The notes under the pieces are model-generated. The model did no database searches and was not told the origin of the DNA. It saw nothing but the letters and a program-made list of their open reading frames with translations. A stretch of DNA of 55,420 nt from the IMG/VR virus record IMGVR_UViG_3300024254_000010, positions 1-55,420 of that record. One strand, given 5' to 3'. Position 1 is the first letter of the stretch. Each line of letters begins with the position of its first letter. Below, one piece after another: positions 10,497-19,126 of this stretch. The stretch comes from a virus. Its lineage: Duplodnaviria > Caudoviricetes. A program made the translations under genes and the position numbers.

Positions 10497-10744
10497 AAAT
10501 CGGTGCGGCCAGTGCCATTACAACTCTCACAAATCCATTTGTTTTCACCGATGCCACCAGCCCCGTAAATAACTCCACACCCACCGCAATCGGAACAAAG
10601 AGCAGTTACCTTACGGATATTCCAAGCCGGGGCCTGCGATTTGCATGCAGCCCTAACATCAGCCTCCGTTGCATCATTCATCTGTGCGTGATAAATCGCT
10701 CGCAGCGGTGGAATTTCGTACTCGATCAGCCAATTCTTTTTCAT
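10493..10744 (-). CDS. Small protein with DnaJ-like zinc finger
   Basis: CSDCGGCG and CESCNGTG motifs. Confidence 0.6.
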   Translation of the reverse strand: MKKNWLIEYEIPPLRAIYHAQMNDATEADVRAACKSQAPAWNIRKVTALCSDCGGCGVIYGAGGIGENKWICESCNGTGRTDF

Positions 10745-10840
10745 TTCAGCAACGCCAACCAGCGGGCCCCAGGTTCGTTCCATGAAGCCCAGGAACGCCC
10801 GGCGTATAAGGGCGTCGACTGCCCGGCTGATTGGCGAAAG

Positions 10841-11038
10841 TCATTCGGTTAGTTTTCTCCAGTGCGTAGGCACGTAGTAGACATACATCTGGCCGTCTGG
10901 CGTGAACCACAGTCGCCCGCTCTGCCCGCCGCGCTGGAGTTTCGTGACGTTACGGCAGCCGTCCGCATCATCGATCTTGGTGCACACGATTTCCCATAAA
11001 GGCGGTAGCTCATGTTTAGTGCTGATCCAGTCGTTCAT
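10841..11038 (-). CDS. DUF551-like phage protein
   Basis: [12 protein letters not shown]...VPTHWR. Confidence 0.65.
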   Translation of the reverse strand: MNDWISTKHELPPLWEIVCTKIDDADGCRNVTKLQRGGQSGRLWFTPDGQMYVYYVPTHWRKLTE

Positions 11039-11277
11039 ATCTGATAATCCACCACGAAATCCTCGCGCCACCGCTCGTAAGTCGTGAACCGTCGTCCGCA
11101 CATCAGGCACACGCGCCTGCGGCGAATTTCGTTGCCGCTTAATCTTGAGTCAATCACTTGACTATTTCCGCTACAGGTCGGGCAGGGCAGGCCAGCCGAC
11201 TTGCTCTTAGGCCACACTGACGCTGGCAAACCGCGCCGGAGCGATTGCGGACCGGTATGCTGAGTGTGGTACCTCAT
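11035..11277 (-). CDS. NrdR N-terminal-like zinc-ribbon protein (no ATP cone)
   Basis: CPTC...VIDSR...[18 protein letters not shown]. Confidence 0.75.
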   Translation of the reverse strand: MRYHTQHTGPQSLRRGLPASVWPKSKSAGLPCPTCSGNSQVIDSRLSGNEIRRRRVCLMCGRRFTTYERWREDFVVDYQI

Positions 11278-11450
11278 ACCTGCATCCAAATACGGCAAAG
11301 CACGTAGCCGCCACAAATGCCTGCGCTTATGCCAAAAATGAACCTTGAAATCTTCTGCAACCTTGGGCAATCGACCGTAGCCGCGCCCACCAAAATGCTC
11401 GCCAGCATGAGCACCGTGAAAGTCGCGACGATCTTTTGGACCAAGCTCAT
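11274..11450 (-). CDS. 58-aa membrane protein (below the ORF-track cutoff)
   Basis: [22 protein letters not shown]...; ATGA overlaps at both ends; flanked by a 13-bp direct repeat. Confidence 0.6.
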   Translation of the reverse strand: MSLVQKIVATFTVLMLASILVGAATVDCPRLQKISRFIFGISAGICGGYVLCRIWMQV

Positions 11451-12286
11451 ACCTGCATGCCCAAAAGCTTCTTCAGTTCATCCCTGCGTGCCCGGAGTGC
11501 GCTGAGCCTCTCGGCGTCCTGTTTACTGCAAGTCTGGTGTTCCGCGTAGGAATCCTTGATGGACTTGATCCTCGCCTCTACTCGGTCGAATTCCTTCGAG
11601 AAAATGCTTTTGTCCACGTTGGACAATTGAGATGGCTGCCCCTTATGCGCCTGCTCCAAGGGCCGGGCCCGAGCGTCGGTTGCCCAAATGGCGAGCTTTG
11701 ATTGCCAGTTGACCACGGGGTTGCCGTTCTTGTCCACCCAGCCGCTTGACTCGTAATGATGCCAGAACCGCTCAGCCTCGGCCGAGGGGCAGCCAGTGAT
11801 GGCCGCCCTGTCCAGGACCGCCTGAAGGCTCCCCGGCCTGCCATCGTGGTGTGTGGTTGTTGTACTTGCTTCTGCTTCTGGTGCTGCTTCTGGTTGTGTT
11901 GACGGTGTGGACAATCCGCGACGTTTGTTGACACGCGACTCCTGTTTCTTAACTCGGAGGTATTCCCGCCGCTCGTCTTGGTTAAGTTTTGCGCGGTATT
12001 TGGCGTGATTCACCAACTGCCAGCCCCCTTCGATTTCGAGGATGCGTCGGCCCTGCTCGGCCTTTGTGCGTGAATCCGGGTCAGGTGCCTTGAGTTTCTC
12101 AAGCCCCTCCCGGCATTCGTCCACCGAGACACGGCAGAGGTCGGCCAACCCCGGCACCGAGCCTTCGACGATTCCTCGTTTATCGGCCAAAGCCAGCATC
12201 GTGATCCAAACAATGCGGATATGGTTTGGCTCCCGCCAGATCGTTGACAGGACGATAGATCCGAAAAGCTTAGTGTATCCGGTCAT
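11447..12286 (-). CDS. Phage replication initiator (replisome organiser-like)
   Basis: [14 protein letters not shown]...[10 protein letters not shown]...[11 protein letters not shown]; low-complexity linker; C-terminal [10 protein letters not shown]...NWQ domain. Confidence 0.75.
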   Translation of the reverse strand: MTGYTKLFGSIVLSTIWREPNHIRIVWITMLALADKRGIVEGSVPGLADLCRVSVDECREGLEKLKAPDPDSRTKAEQGRRILEIEGGWQLVNHAKYRAKLNQDERREYLRVKKQESRVNKRRGLSTPSTQPEAAPEAEASTTTTHHDGRPGSLQAVLDRAAITGCPSAEAERFWHHYESSGWVDKNGNPVVNWQSKLAIWATDARARPLEQAHKGQPSQLSNVDKSIFSKEFDRVEARIKSIKDSYAEHQTCSKQDAERLSALRARRDELKKLLGMQV

Positions 12287-12330
12287 CGTGTGCATGATGT
12301 CAACAATGTCAACATGAGTGCAAGCAAAAG

Positions 12331-12627
12331 TTATGCACAGTAGTCCCTCCGCAATGCCGGGGTTAAGCGAACGTACGGCCCAGGATAATCCGGCTGAATC
12401 ATAATGCATTCCTCGGTAAGCCCATTTAGGTAGGTTGGCGGCTTGTCGCATCGCGAGAAATAGTTAGTCATGTGGTGGGCGTTGATGTTGGCCCCGTATT
12501 CCTGCAAGAGTTCGAGTGCCCGCTTCTTTGTACGTGCCACGACTGTCACGTTGTACTGGTTATGGCGGCTGCTTCCCTTCTTTAAGGCGATGAAGATCCA
12601 GCCATTGAAGTAGTTAAGTGCTCTCAC
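12331..12627 (-). CDS. Hypothetical protein flanked by a 14-bp direct repeat
   Basis: ORF fills the operon gap; GTG start abuts the repeat. Confidence 0.6.
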   Translation of the reverse strand: MRALNYFNGWIFIALKKGSSRHNQYNVTVVARTKKRALELLQEYGANINAHHMTNYFSRCDKPPTYLNGLTEECIMIQPDYPGPYVRLTPALRRDYCA

Positions 12628-12636
12628 AAGCAAAAG

Positions 12637-12966
12637 TTATTGGCCTTGTTCATGGTGAATGCAGCCAAACTTGGGGCCAGTTAGGAAGCAAAGATCATGC
12701 GTATCTGCTGCGTCTGGGGTTGCTTGGTCCAGCGGAACAGTGTGTTTTTCCTCCGTCTCAATGTAATCCCCCGGAGAAACCGCGCCTTTAGCTATCTGCC
12801 AAGCGTACGCCCGGCGAGCACCGTCTGGGAACTGGGTCAAAAGCGGGTGAGAGCCAGTCACCTTTGGGTTGGTGCATTCCCGGTAAAGGCTGATGATGGT
12901 CATACTGCCCACATTGGATTCAGCGGCTTGCTTAGCCCAATGCTTGCACGTATCGCAGGTGTTCAC
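12637..12966 (-). CDS. Hypothetical Cys-containing phage protein flanked by a 16-bp direct repeat
   Basis: CDTCKHW...TGPKFGCIHH pattern. Confidence 0.65.
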   Translation of the reverse strand: MNTCDTCKHWAKQAAESNVGSMTIISLYRECTNPKVTGSHPLLTQFPDGARRAYAWQIAKGAVSPGDYIETEEKHTVPLDQATPDAADTHDLCFLTGPKFGCIHHEQGQ

Positions 12967-12990
12967 GACTTATTGGCCTTGTTCACAGGG

Positions 12991-13164
12991 TTATTCACGG
13001 GGCTTGTTGGCCGCACGGCGTCTCTGCTCAGCGTCTTGGTCGCGCATTCGGCTCACGGCCTCTAAAATTGCGCAGGCCAAATCGTAAATCATCCATAGGA
13101 AAAGGCTTTGGATGACAAAGCTGCCTATGATTGCAATCAGGACGACCCGTATTTCTGCAGTCAC
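12991..13164 (-). CDS. Small single-TM protein
   Basis: GTGA overlap; hydrophobic segment VVLIAIIGSFVIQSLFLW. Confidence 0.5.
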   Translation of the reverse strand: MTAEIRVVLIAIIGSFVIQSLFLWMIYDLACAILEAVSRMRDQDAEQRRRAANKPRE

Positions 13165-13973
13165 GGCGTGGCCTCCACGGGGCCTGTCGGCCAGTATTGG
13201 TTTTCCTCCTGCCACACGGCCAATAGGCCAAGGAACAGATCGTGGTAGTAGGAGACCGGCCTGTCCCAGACCTTCGCTTCCAAGGCGGCTGGGCCCGTGG
13301 AAGCCACTGCGATACTGATGATGCAGTCGATATGCCGTGATTGTTCTCCAAGATAGGGTGGGCAGGCTCCGGCGTAGGCTCCGAGTTGGAGAGCCCATGA
13401 AAAGTAAAAGTTGAACTTGTTTCGCTTGCTAATGTCTTGAGTCTTAACGTCTACCAGCGAAACTCGGCCATCCTGGAGTACACAGCAATGGTCCTCGCGC
13501 CCGGCGTAGCCTTGGCCCACGACGAATTGCTCCACCGCGAGGGTCTTTCTGACCCACTTCTCGTACCAGCGGAGGTAAAGGTCAAATCCATCGCGCAGTT
13601 CGCGGGTCGCCATTGCCGCCACGCCGCTGCCATGAAGGTATTCCACGACCTCCGGGAATGGCCGCATCCCCACCACGGCTTGGTGAAATTCCTGGATGAT
13701 CTTGTGCAGGGCTAGACCTTTGTCCCGTGCCGCTAGGCTATGTTCTTCGCTCCATTTCACGCAGGCGTCATAGAACTCGGCGTCTGTCCACTCCGGTCGG
13801 CGCGGGGTCGTCACAGCCGCTTCGAACATGCTTTTCTTGAAGTATTGAATCAGGCCCTCGCCTTTGATTAGGCCAAGGACCGTAGTGGGTGAGGGTAAGG
13901 CGCTTACGAGCCGCGCCTCGCGCAGACCGCCGACAAGTTCTCCGGTGGTTGGGTGGTAGAAATGGTTGCTCAC
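13161..13973 (-). CDS. PD-(D/E)XK exonuclease
   Basis: PSPTTVL, G..LH, VEQ...YAGRED...LVDVKT...QLGAYA. Confidence 0.8.
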   Translation of the reverse strand: MSNHFYHPTTGELVGGLREARLVSALPSPTTVLGLIKGEGLIQYFKKSMFEAAVTTPRRPEWTDAEFYDACVKWSEEHSLAARDKGLALHKIIQEFHQAVVGMRPFPEVVEYLHGSGVAAMATRELRDGFDLYLRWYEKWVRKTLAVEQFVVGQGYAGREDHCCVLQDGRVSLVDVKTQDISKRNKFNFYFSWALQLGAYAGACPPYLGEQSRHIDCIISIAVASTGPAALEAKVWDRPVSYYHDLFLGLLAVWQEENQYWPTGPVEATP

Positions 13974-14215
13974 TTGCTCTCCTTACTTAGTTGTTTGATT
14001 AGGGCATCGGCCTGCATACAAGCCACTTGGGCTACCGTGCCAGCTAAGAGGATTGGATTATGCTCAGAAACGCGATTGGCCTCCTGGAGCCAGTCCCTAT
14101 TGCCGATATAGGCAGCCATGGCGGCGGTGGCGACGTAGGTGCGTATGTCCATGCCACCAACGCCGACTTGCTCGGTATATCCGGGCACGTAACATGGAAA
14201 GGCTGGCGTGCTCAT
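13970..14215 (-). CDS. Conserved small phage protein
   Basis: PAFP...GMDIRTYVATAAM...ADALI family pattern. Confidence 0.65.
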   Translation of the reverse strand: MSTPAFPCYVPGYTEQVGVGGMDIRTYVATAAMAAYIGNRDWLQEANRVSEHNPILLAGTVAQVACMQADALIKQLSKESK

Positions 14216-14535
14216 GGATTCTTTACGATTCTGGTTTCCTTGACGATCAGCTTGCCCGCCTTGAGGTCGCGTCGAAGGTTGGCCAATTCCTTCATAAATC
14301 CCTCACAGAAGCGCGAGGACAAGGAGAGCGTTCGGGGTTCCAATGGGCTGTCCTTGTCCTTCTGCATCATCGTCACTTGAAGCTTCGGCTTCCATGCCAG
14401 CAATGCCTGAGTGATGGGGGTCTGGACGCGCACCACCCGGCAGTACTCTGAGTCGATGTCCTCGACCATGGCAAAGCCGTTGCCGCCGTGCTCGTGGGTC
14501 AGGTCGTATTCGATTAGGTCTTGTTTGGTGATCAT
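14212..14535 (-). CDS. Hypothetical protein
   Basis: ATGA-coupled ORF in the operon. Confidence 0.55.
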   Translation of the reverse strand: MITKQDLIEYDLTHEHGGNGFAMVEDIDSEYCRVVRVQTPITQALLAWKPKLQVTMMQKDKDSPLEPRTLSLSSRFCEGFMKELANLRRDLKAGKLIVKETRIVKNP

Positions 14536-15986
14536 GGGGACATGTCGTCGTAGGGGTTAGAGTCTTCGCCGCTGTCCTGTTCCTTGGCCTGTTCCAGGTG
14601 GGCTCGGGCTTGGTCGCAAGCTCGGCCAAAGGCAATATCGGCATCAGACGGGCCGTAATGCTTGCCCTTCCAATCTCGGCCCAACCTAGCCTTGGCCTCG
14701 CTGTTGTTTAAAACGAGGCCATAGCCCCTCTTGTTGTCCACACGGAACACCTGCCCAAGCGTCATGGGCTGGGCGTCGTAGTCCTTCTTGGTCACGCCCG
14801 GTGGCGGAATCGGGCAGATCACCTTCTGCCATTCATGTTCCTCGAAGTAATCGCCTGTTTGCACATCCCATTGCCACGCACAGGCTTGGCACACTAAGAT
14901 GCCGTCGTAATCCTTGGACATGACGACCGCCTTATGCCCGCAGTTGGGGCAGCCCTGAGCCGATTTGTCGGTGACGCCGCCGATGCTCACGGGTTCCTCG
15001 AAGTTTGGCCCCACCCCGTCCTGGACAGCGCCTTCCACTGGGTGTTCTGCCGCCAAGGACATGACGGCCTTCTCATGGGCTAGGAATTGTTCGGTAACCG
15101 CTGGAGTATTGCCCGCAACGTCCTTGTTGTAATCGAGCACGAACACTGGGCTCCACGCCCCATGCCCTAGGATTGCCTCAATGGTCTCGTTGGACAGAAT
15201 CCAGCCCTGGTCTTGGGCGTACATGTCCCAATATGGGAGGTTCACAACGTTGGCCTTGGCCTTTTCTACCAACTTGGCCTTACAACGCTCCCTGAAGGCG
15301 TTTAGGGCGCTGGCGAGACCCTTGGGTGACGCCTGTGACGCTGGTGACGCCGGTTTGGCTCGCTTGAAAGGGGTCGGGGCGGGCCTTGAGGCTCGCTTTG
15401 GTCCGGCTGCGGCGTTGCCGTCATCGTCAAACTCGCCAACGGAGACGTTGAAGATCATCTTGAGCAAATACCGCATGCCGTAGCTTACGGCTGAACCAGT
15501 TGCGTGGGTTTTGGTCTGCACATCTCCCCCCTTAGCCCCTTTGCCGTCAGCCGGCATTTCGATTTCTACCCGCTCGGTGTGGCCGGCGCGGTGGCTGACC
15601 CGGCAGGTAATGGTCACCCGGTCTGGCCCACTGGCGCGAGTACCGAAGGACAGGCTGAACCCGTGGGCCGTATAAATAGGCCGGACAGCTCGGTCAAGCG
15701 CCCCATAGGACACGTACCTACTCCGAGTCTGTGGGTTATCGCTATCCCGGGCTACCGGCAACATCTCGCTCTGGGCCGCGTTCATGGCTTGGTCGTACTC
15801 CGATTCAGCCCGCTTAGCCTGCAATCGCTCAGCCATGGCCAGAAGCTTCTCCATTTTCTCCACGTCCACGGTTTGGTCGCGGGTCGCCCGCTCGACTAGG
15901 GCAAGCATGGGCTCGATTTCGGGGCCGCGCACTTTGATGCCCTGGACGGCTTGTTGATTGTGCTCAATGTCAATCGCGTCAGTCAT
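14532..15986 (-). CDS. erf: ERF-family single-strand annealing protein with long C-terminal extension (CxxC...CxxC)
   Basis: NPQTRSRYVSY...HGFSLSF...GSAVSYGMRYLL...DDDGN. Confidence 0.85.
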   Translation of the reverse strand: MTDAIDIEHNQQAVQGIKVRGPEIEPMLALVERATRDQTVDVEKMEKLLAMAERLQAKRAESEYDQAMNAAQSEMLPVARDSDNPQTRSRYVSYGALDRAVRPIYTAHGFSLSFGTRASGPDRVTITCRVSHRAGHTERVEIEMPADGKGAKGGDVQTKTHATGSAVSYGMRYLLKMIFNVSVGEFDDDGNAAAGPKRASRPAPTPFKRAKPASPASQASPKGLASALNAFRERCKAKLVEKAKANVVNLPYWDMYAQDQGWILSNETIEAILGHGAWSPVFVLDYNKDVAGNTPAVTEQFLAHEKAVMSLAAEHPVEGAVQDGVGPNFEEPVSIGGVTDKSAQGCPNCGHKAVVMSKDYDGILVCQACAWQWDVQTGDYFEEHEWQKVICPIPPPGVTKKDYDAQPMTLGQVFRVDNKRGYGLVLNNSEAKARLGRDWKGKHYGPSDADIAFGRACDQARAHLEQAKEQDSGEDSNPYDDMSP

Positions 15987-16177
15987 AATGGTTTTGTGGT
16001 CGTCAGGGCAACAAGGGCCAGGAAGTAACGGTTGGCAAAGTCAGGAGGCGCTATTACAGGGAATTTCTCAATCCGGCTCAACCACAGGGGGTGGATACTC
16101 AATTGTCTCGCCATGGCATCCAGGCTCACACGGGCCTTCTTGCGCATCATACGCAAATGTTTGATGTCTCGTTCCAT
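15983..16177 (-). CDS. XRE-type HTH protein
   Basis: LRMMRKKARVSLDAMARQLSIHPLWLSRIEK. Confidence 0.7.
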   Translation of the reverse strand: MERDIKHLRMMRKKARVSLDAMARQLSIHPLWLSRIEKFPVIAPPDFANRYFLALVALTTTKPL

Positions 16178-16312
16178 AAAAATTGGTGGGCCGAGTTGCA
16201 CGGCCCTGGGTTCCTTTAGACAGCTTATCCCTCGCTGGTCCGCATCAGGGAGTGCACCCCTGCTTTTACCGGCTGCGGTCCTAACCACCCAACACGGGTC
16301 ACCGGGTTCATT

Positions 16313-16846
16313 TTACTCGATTGCTTTTAACAGCGATTGCAACTGTTCAATGGCGCGCAGAAGGGTGCCGCGCAGCCCGTAGCCATTGCTGGCCTCGGGC
16401 ACCGGATTCACAGCTGGCTCGTCCAAGTCCTCACGTCGAGCGATGATCGGCTTGATGCGGGTTCGGTGCACCTTGCGCCTCTCTCCTGCGGCCAAACGGG
16501 CGTTACTCTCCCGCTTCTGTTCCCGCCACGCTGCCCGTTGCTCCGGGGTGGAACGTGCACGTTCCCGTTCATTGGCCCGACGCTTACTGTCCCGCTCTTT
16601 CCTGGTGCCGGTGACGTGGTAGGTGTAGAAGAAGGACAGGGCATTAGCCAGTTTCTTGTCCCAATGGCCTTCCGGGTCAAGCCCCAGGTCGTTAGCCAAG
16701 GACGGATTGAGCTTGAGGAACGTTTGCCAATAGATTTTGTCTTCGCCCCGTTCGCCCTGAAAAGCCTTAACCGCCGCTCGCAATTGTTCGGCGTGAGGTT
16801 TCCATTGCACGCATAGCTCGCGTAGACTCATTTCATTGATATTCAT
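16313..16846 (-). CDS. Hypothetical protein
   Basis: Operonic ORF with an Arg-rich helical middle. Confidence 0.55.
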   Translation of the reverse strand: MNINEMSLRELCVQWKPHAEQLRAAVKAFQGERGEDKIYWQTFLKLNPSLANDLGLDPEGHWDKKLANALSFFYTYHVTGTRKERDSKRRANERERARSTPEQRAAWREQKRESNARLAAGERRKVHRTRIKPIIARREDLDEPAVNPVPEASNGYGLRGTLLRAIEQLQSLLKAIE

Positions 16847-16850
16847 GGCT

Positions 16851-17303
16851 TTACACTCCGCTGACTCGGATTCGGGTGGTGTGATGCCGACGGCGACTAT
16901 CCACATCGGCTTTGCTGCCATTCTTGACCCCACGTTTGCGCTCACGCTTCCGACCCAGCCTGGAAGATGGTGTGACCGCACTCAGCCGGTAGTTTTGGCC
17001 CTGGGCAAAGTCCTGGTGCCGGTCAAAACTGGTTATTTCCCGGCCCACCGTTCCAGGGGTCATGTAGCGGGTAGCCACTGAACCCTTGATGAGATAGGAA
17101 TAACCAATCCCAATGATGCAGCCGTCGGCCAATTGTTTGCGCAGGCAAGCCCTGGCAAACGCGCAGCCTTCCGGGTCTTTCTTGCGCCCATTGCGCCCAT
17201 CCTCCGGCAAGACTTCCACAAACACGGGCTTAGTCGCGTCCACCACATCCTTAACACCCGGGAAATGAGCCTTAATCCGATTCAACACAGTTTGCTTACT
17301 CAT
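16851..17303 (-). CDS. Conserved hypothetical phage protein
   Basis: VVDATKP...DPEGCAFARAC...EITSFDR; GGGGGAG SD upstream. Confidence 0.65.
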   Translation of the reverse strand: MSKQTVLNRIKAHFPGVKDVVDATKPVFVEVLPEDGRNGRKKDPEGCAFARACLRKQLADGCIIGIGYSYLIKGSVATRYMTPGTVGREITSFDRHQDFAQGQNYRLSAVTPSSRLGRKRERKRGVKNGSKADVDSRRRHHTTRIRVSGV

Positions 17304-17541
17304 GGCTCCCCCCTTTCGACGCGCACAACAGCCCGTCAAAGAACTCTTGAGCCTTGCTCACGGCCGGTTTACCCGCCAGCCATGTGTTGATGTGTTTGGT
17401 CGTGGTCGAACTGTGCTTGACCACCGTTCTAAACAACTCCCGGCCCACCTGGGCAGCTACCGGGGTGTTGTAGGAGAAGAAGACGCACACTCCGTCAACC
17501 TCAACCTCCGTTTGATTTGGTCCTATGACTCTCAACTTCAT
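17296..17541 (-). CDS. Conserved small phage early protein
   Basis: FSYNTPVA...SSTTTKHINTWL; first gene after the leftward promoter. Confidence 0.65.
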   Translation of the reverse strand: MKLRVIGPNQTEVEVDGVCVFFSYNTPVAAQVGRELFRTVVKHSSTTTKHINTWLAGKPAVSKAQEFFDGLLCASKGGSHE

Positions 17542-17595
17542 ATTAACCTTTCTTTCGGTTTGTTTTTGTTTCACCGCTACTGCGGCTTGGGGCAT

Positions 17596-17659
17596 ATCTT
17601 ATCAAAACGGCTTCCAGACGCAAGTGATATTTGACTATTTCTCTCAAAGCCCTTTTAAT
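17596..17659. promoter_or_regulatory. Divergent sigma70-like promoters
   Basis: Leftward TTGCGT-N16-TAAGAT; rightward TTGACT(17631)-N17-TTTAAT(17654). Confidence 0.55.
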
Positions 17660-17692
17660 AAGGGACAACCTACGTGAAACGTGGTGAAACTT

Positions 17693-17848
17693 ATGAAGTC
17701 CAACGCTAAAAATGGGGTCTTGAGCGACTATTTCCGGCTTCAAGGTAAGAAAGGCGGCAAGAGCAAAAGCAAAGCCAAGCTCGCCGCCATGGCCCGTAAC
17801 TTGGAGAAAGCCCGCGCCTCTCGCTGGCCTAAGAAGGAAAGGAGGTGA
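17693..17848 (+). CDS. 51-aa basic KGG-motif protein, putative DNA-binding (missed by the track)
   Basis: MKSNAKNGVLSDYFRLQGKKGGKSKSKAKLAAMARNLEKARASRWPKKERR. Confidence 0.7.
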   Translation: MKSNAKNGVLSDYFRLQGKKGGKSKSKAKLAAMARNLEKARASRWPKKERR

Positions 17849-18216
17849 TGCAACGTGCCCCCATTCGATCCGGGGTTGTTATAAGCGGGGGACGCATCCG
17901 TCATAAAACACGCACGCTTCCATAGGCAAAGGGTAGGCAAATTTCCATTTCCACAGCGCCCCCTGGATCACGCGAGTCTTCGTCAACTCAGCGATTTGCT
18001 TTAGGATCGCCTCGGCGCTTCGCCAGCCGGCGCAACCCGGCCATGCGCCGCCCTCGGCCGATGCACACCCCCAGCGCACTATGCGCCAGGATGCCGGTCT
18101 CAACCGCGCACACTGGCCACGGCTAGCGTTTCACTCTTCTGTCCGGTCTGATGGCATGACTGCATCCGGGTAACCTCTCACACAATCCCCAGTTTGCCTA
18201 GGCTTGTCCGTATAAC

Positions 18217-18252
18217 TACGGACTATCTCTGGAACCGGCTTTGTGATTTAAT
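18217..18252 (+). promoter_or_regulatory. Phage promoter motif upstream of the MoxR gene
   Basis: TACGGACTAT-N6-AACCGGC-TTTGTGATTT-AAT; near-identical inverted copy at 21109-21141. Confidence 0.55.
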
Positions 18253-18337
18253 CCTGTCCAGCATGAATGCTGCAACGCCGATAAATCCTGCAAAGACGCG
18301 GGAAACGGTTTAGTTGCGCATTCTGCCGCTAAAGACA

Positions 18338-19060
18338 ATGCCAACAGCATCAGCTAAAACCAAAAGTCTCGCATGGTTCGAGGTTCTCACTGCCGTCGTC
18401 AACGCCGGTCTCAACCGCGTTCTCCTATATGGTCCCCCTGATACGGGCAAGACTACAACGGCAACCAAGATCCGGGAAGATAAGCCCGTGTTCCGGGTCC
18501 AATGCTCACGCCAACAGGGAATCGAGGATTTACTTGGTTCCTATGTATTACAAGCTGGGGAAACAAAGTTTATCCCCGGTCCAGTCGCGCAAGCTATGCT
18601 CCAAGGCGCAACCTTGCTAGTGGACGAGTTCGACATGCGCAACCCGGCGCATGACAGCATATGGCATTCGGTTCTTGACGATGAATCTATTGCCGAGGTT
18701 CGGTTGCCTGACGGGACAGTCATTAAACCCGCTCCCGGGTTTATCGCGATAGCTACCACAAACGCGACCCCCAACGCGTTTAGTCCGGCGTTACAGCGCC
18801 GATTCCAACTCAAGTTATTCTGTGGGCAGGCGCATCCCGAGGCTCTCAACAGCCTCAAGCCAGCGCATCGGTCCATTGTCGTGAACTGGCAAAAAGCTCT
18901 CACCCCTCCGCAGATCAAATTCGAGCTGTCGGTGTCGGCTCTGCGCACCTTCTCCATCCTGGCAGACTGCTACGGCTGTCAGGATACTGCGGCCCGTCTG
19001 GTTTTCCACGACGGCGCAGCTGAGTTTATTTCGGCCCTTGCGAATAACCAGAAAGTTTAA
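18338..19060 (+). CDS. MoxR/CbbQ-like AAA+ ATPase
   Basis: Walker A GPPDTGKT, Walker B LLVDEFD, sensor ATTN, ALQRRF. Confidence 0.88.
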   Translation: MPTASAKTKSLAWFEVLTAVVNAGLNRVLLYGPPDTGKTTTATKIREDKPVFRVQCSRQQGIEDLLGSYVLQAGETKFIPGPVAQAMLQGATLLVDEFDMRNPAHDSIWHSVLDDESIAEVRLPDGTVIKPAPGFIAIATTNATPNAFSPALQRRFQLKLFCGQAHPEALNSLKPAHRSIVVNWQKALTPPQIKFELSVSALRTFSILADCYGCQDTAARLVFHDGAAEFISALANNQKV

Positions 19061-19080
19061 CCTATCCGAACCTAAACCCG

Positions 19081-19107
19081 GGGAGTTGCGCACATTGCGC
19101 AATTCCC
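19081..19107 (+). other. Intergenic hairpin / palindromic site
   Basis: GGGAGTTGCGCA-CAT-TGCGCAATTCCC. Confidence 0.6.
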
Positions 19108-19126
19108 CTTTCCCCTTTCAAAACCT

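Noticed and set aside
11035-11277. Full nrdR regulator
   Set aside because: Only the zinc ribbon is present; no ATP cone
12321-12985. Classical integron attC array or CRISPR array
   Set aside because: No integrase, no attC palindromes, repeats differ between genes, and the intervening sequences are gene-sized
17847-17898. TTCGATCC inside a hairpin, tRNA-like
   Set aside because: No cloverleaf could be built; only an imperfect stem
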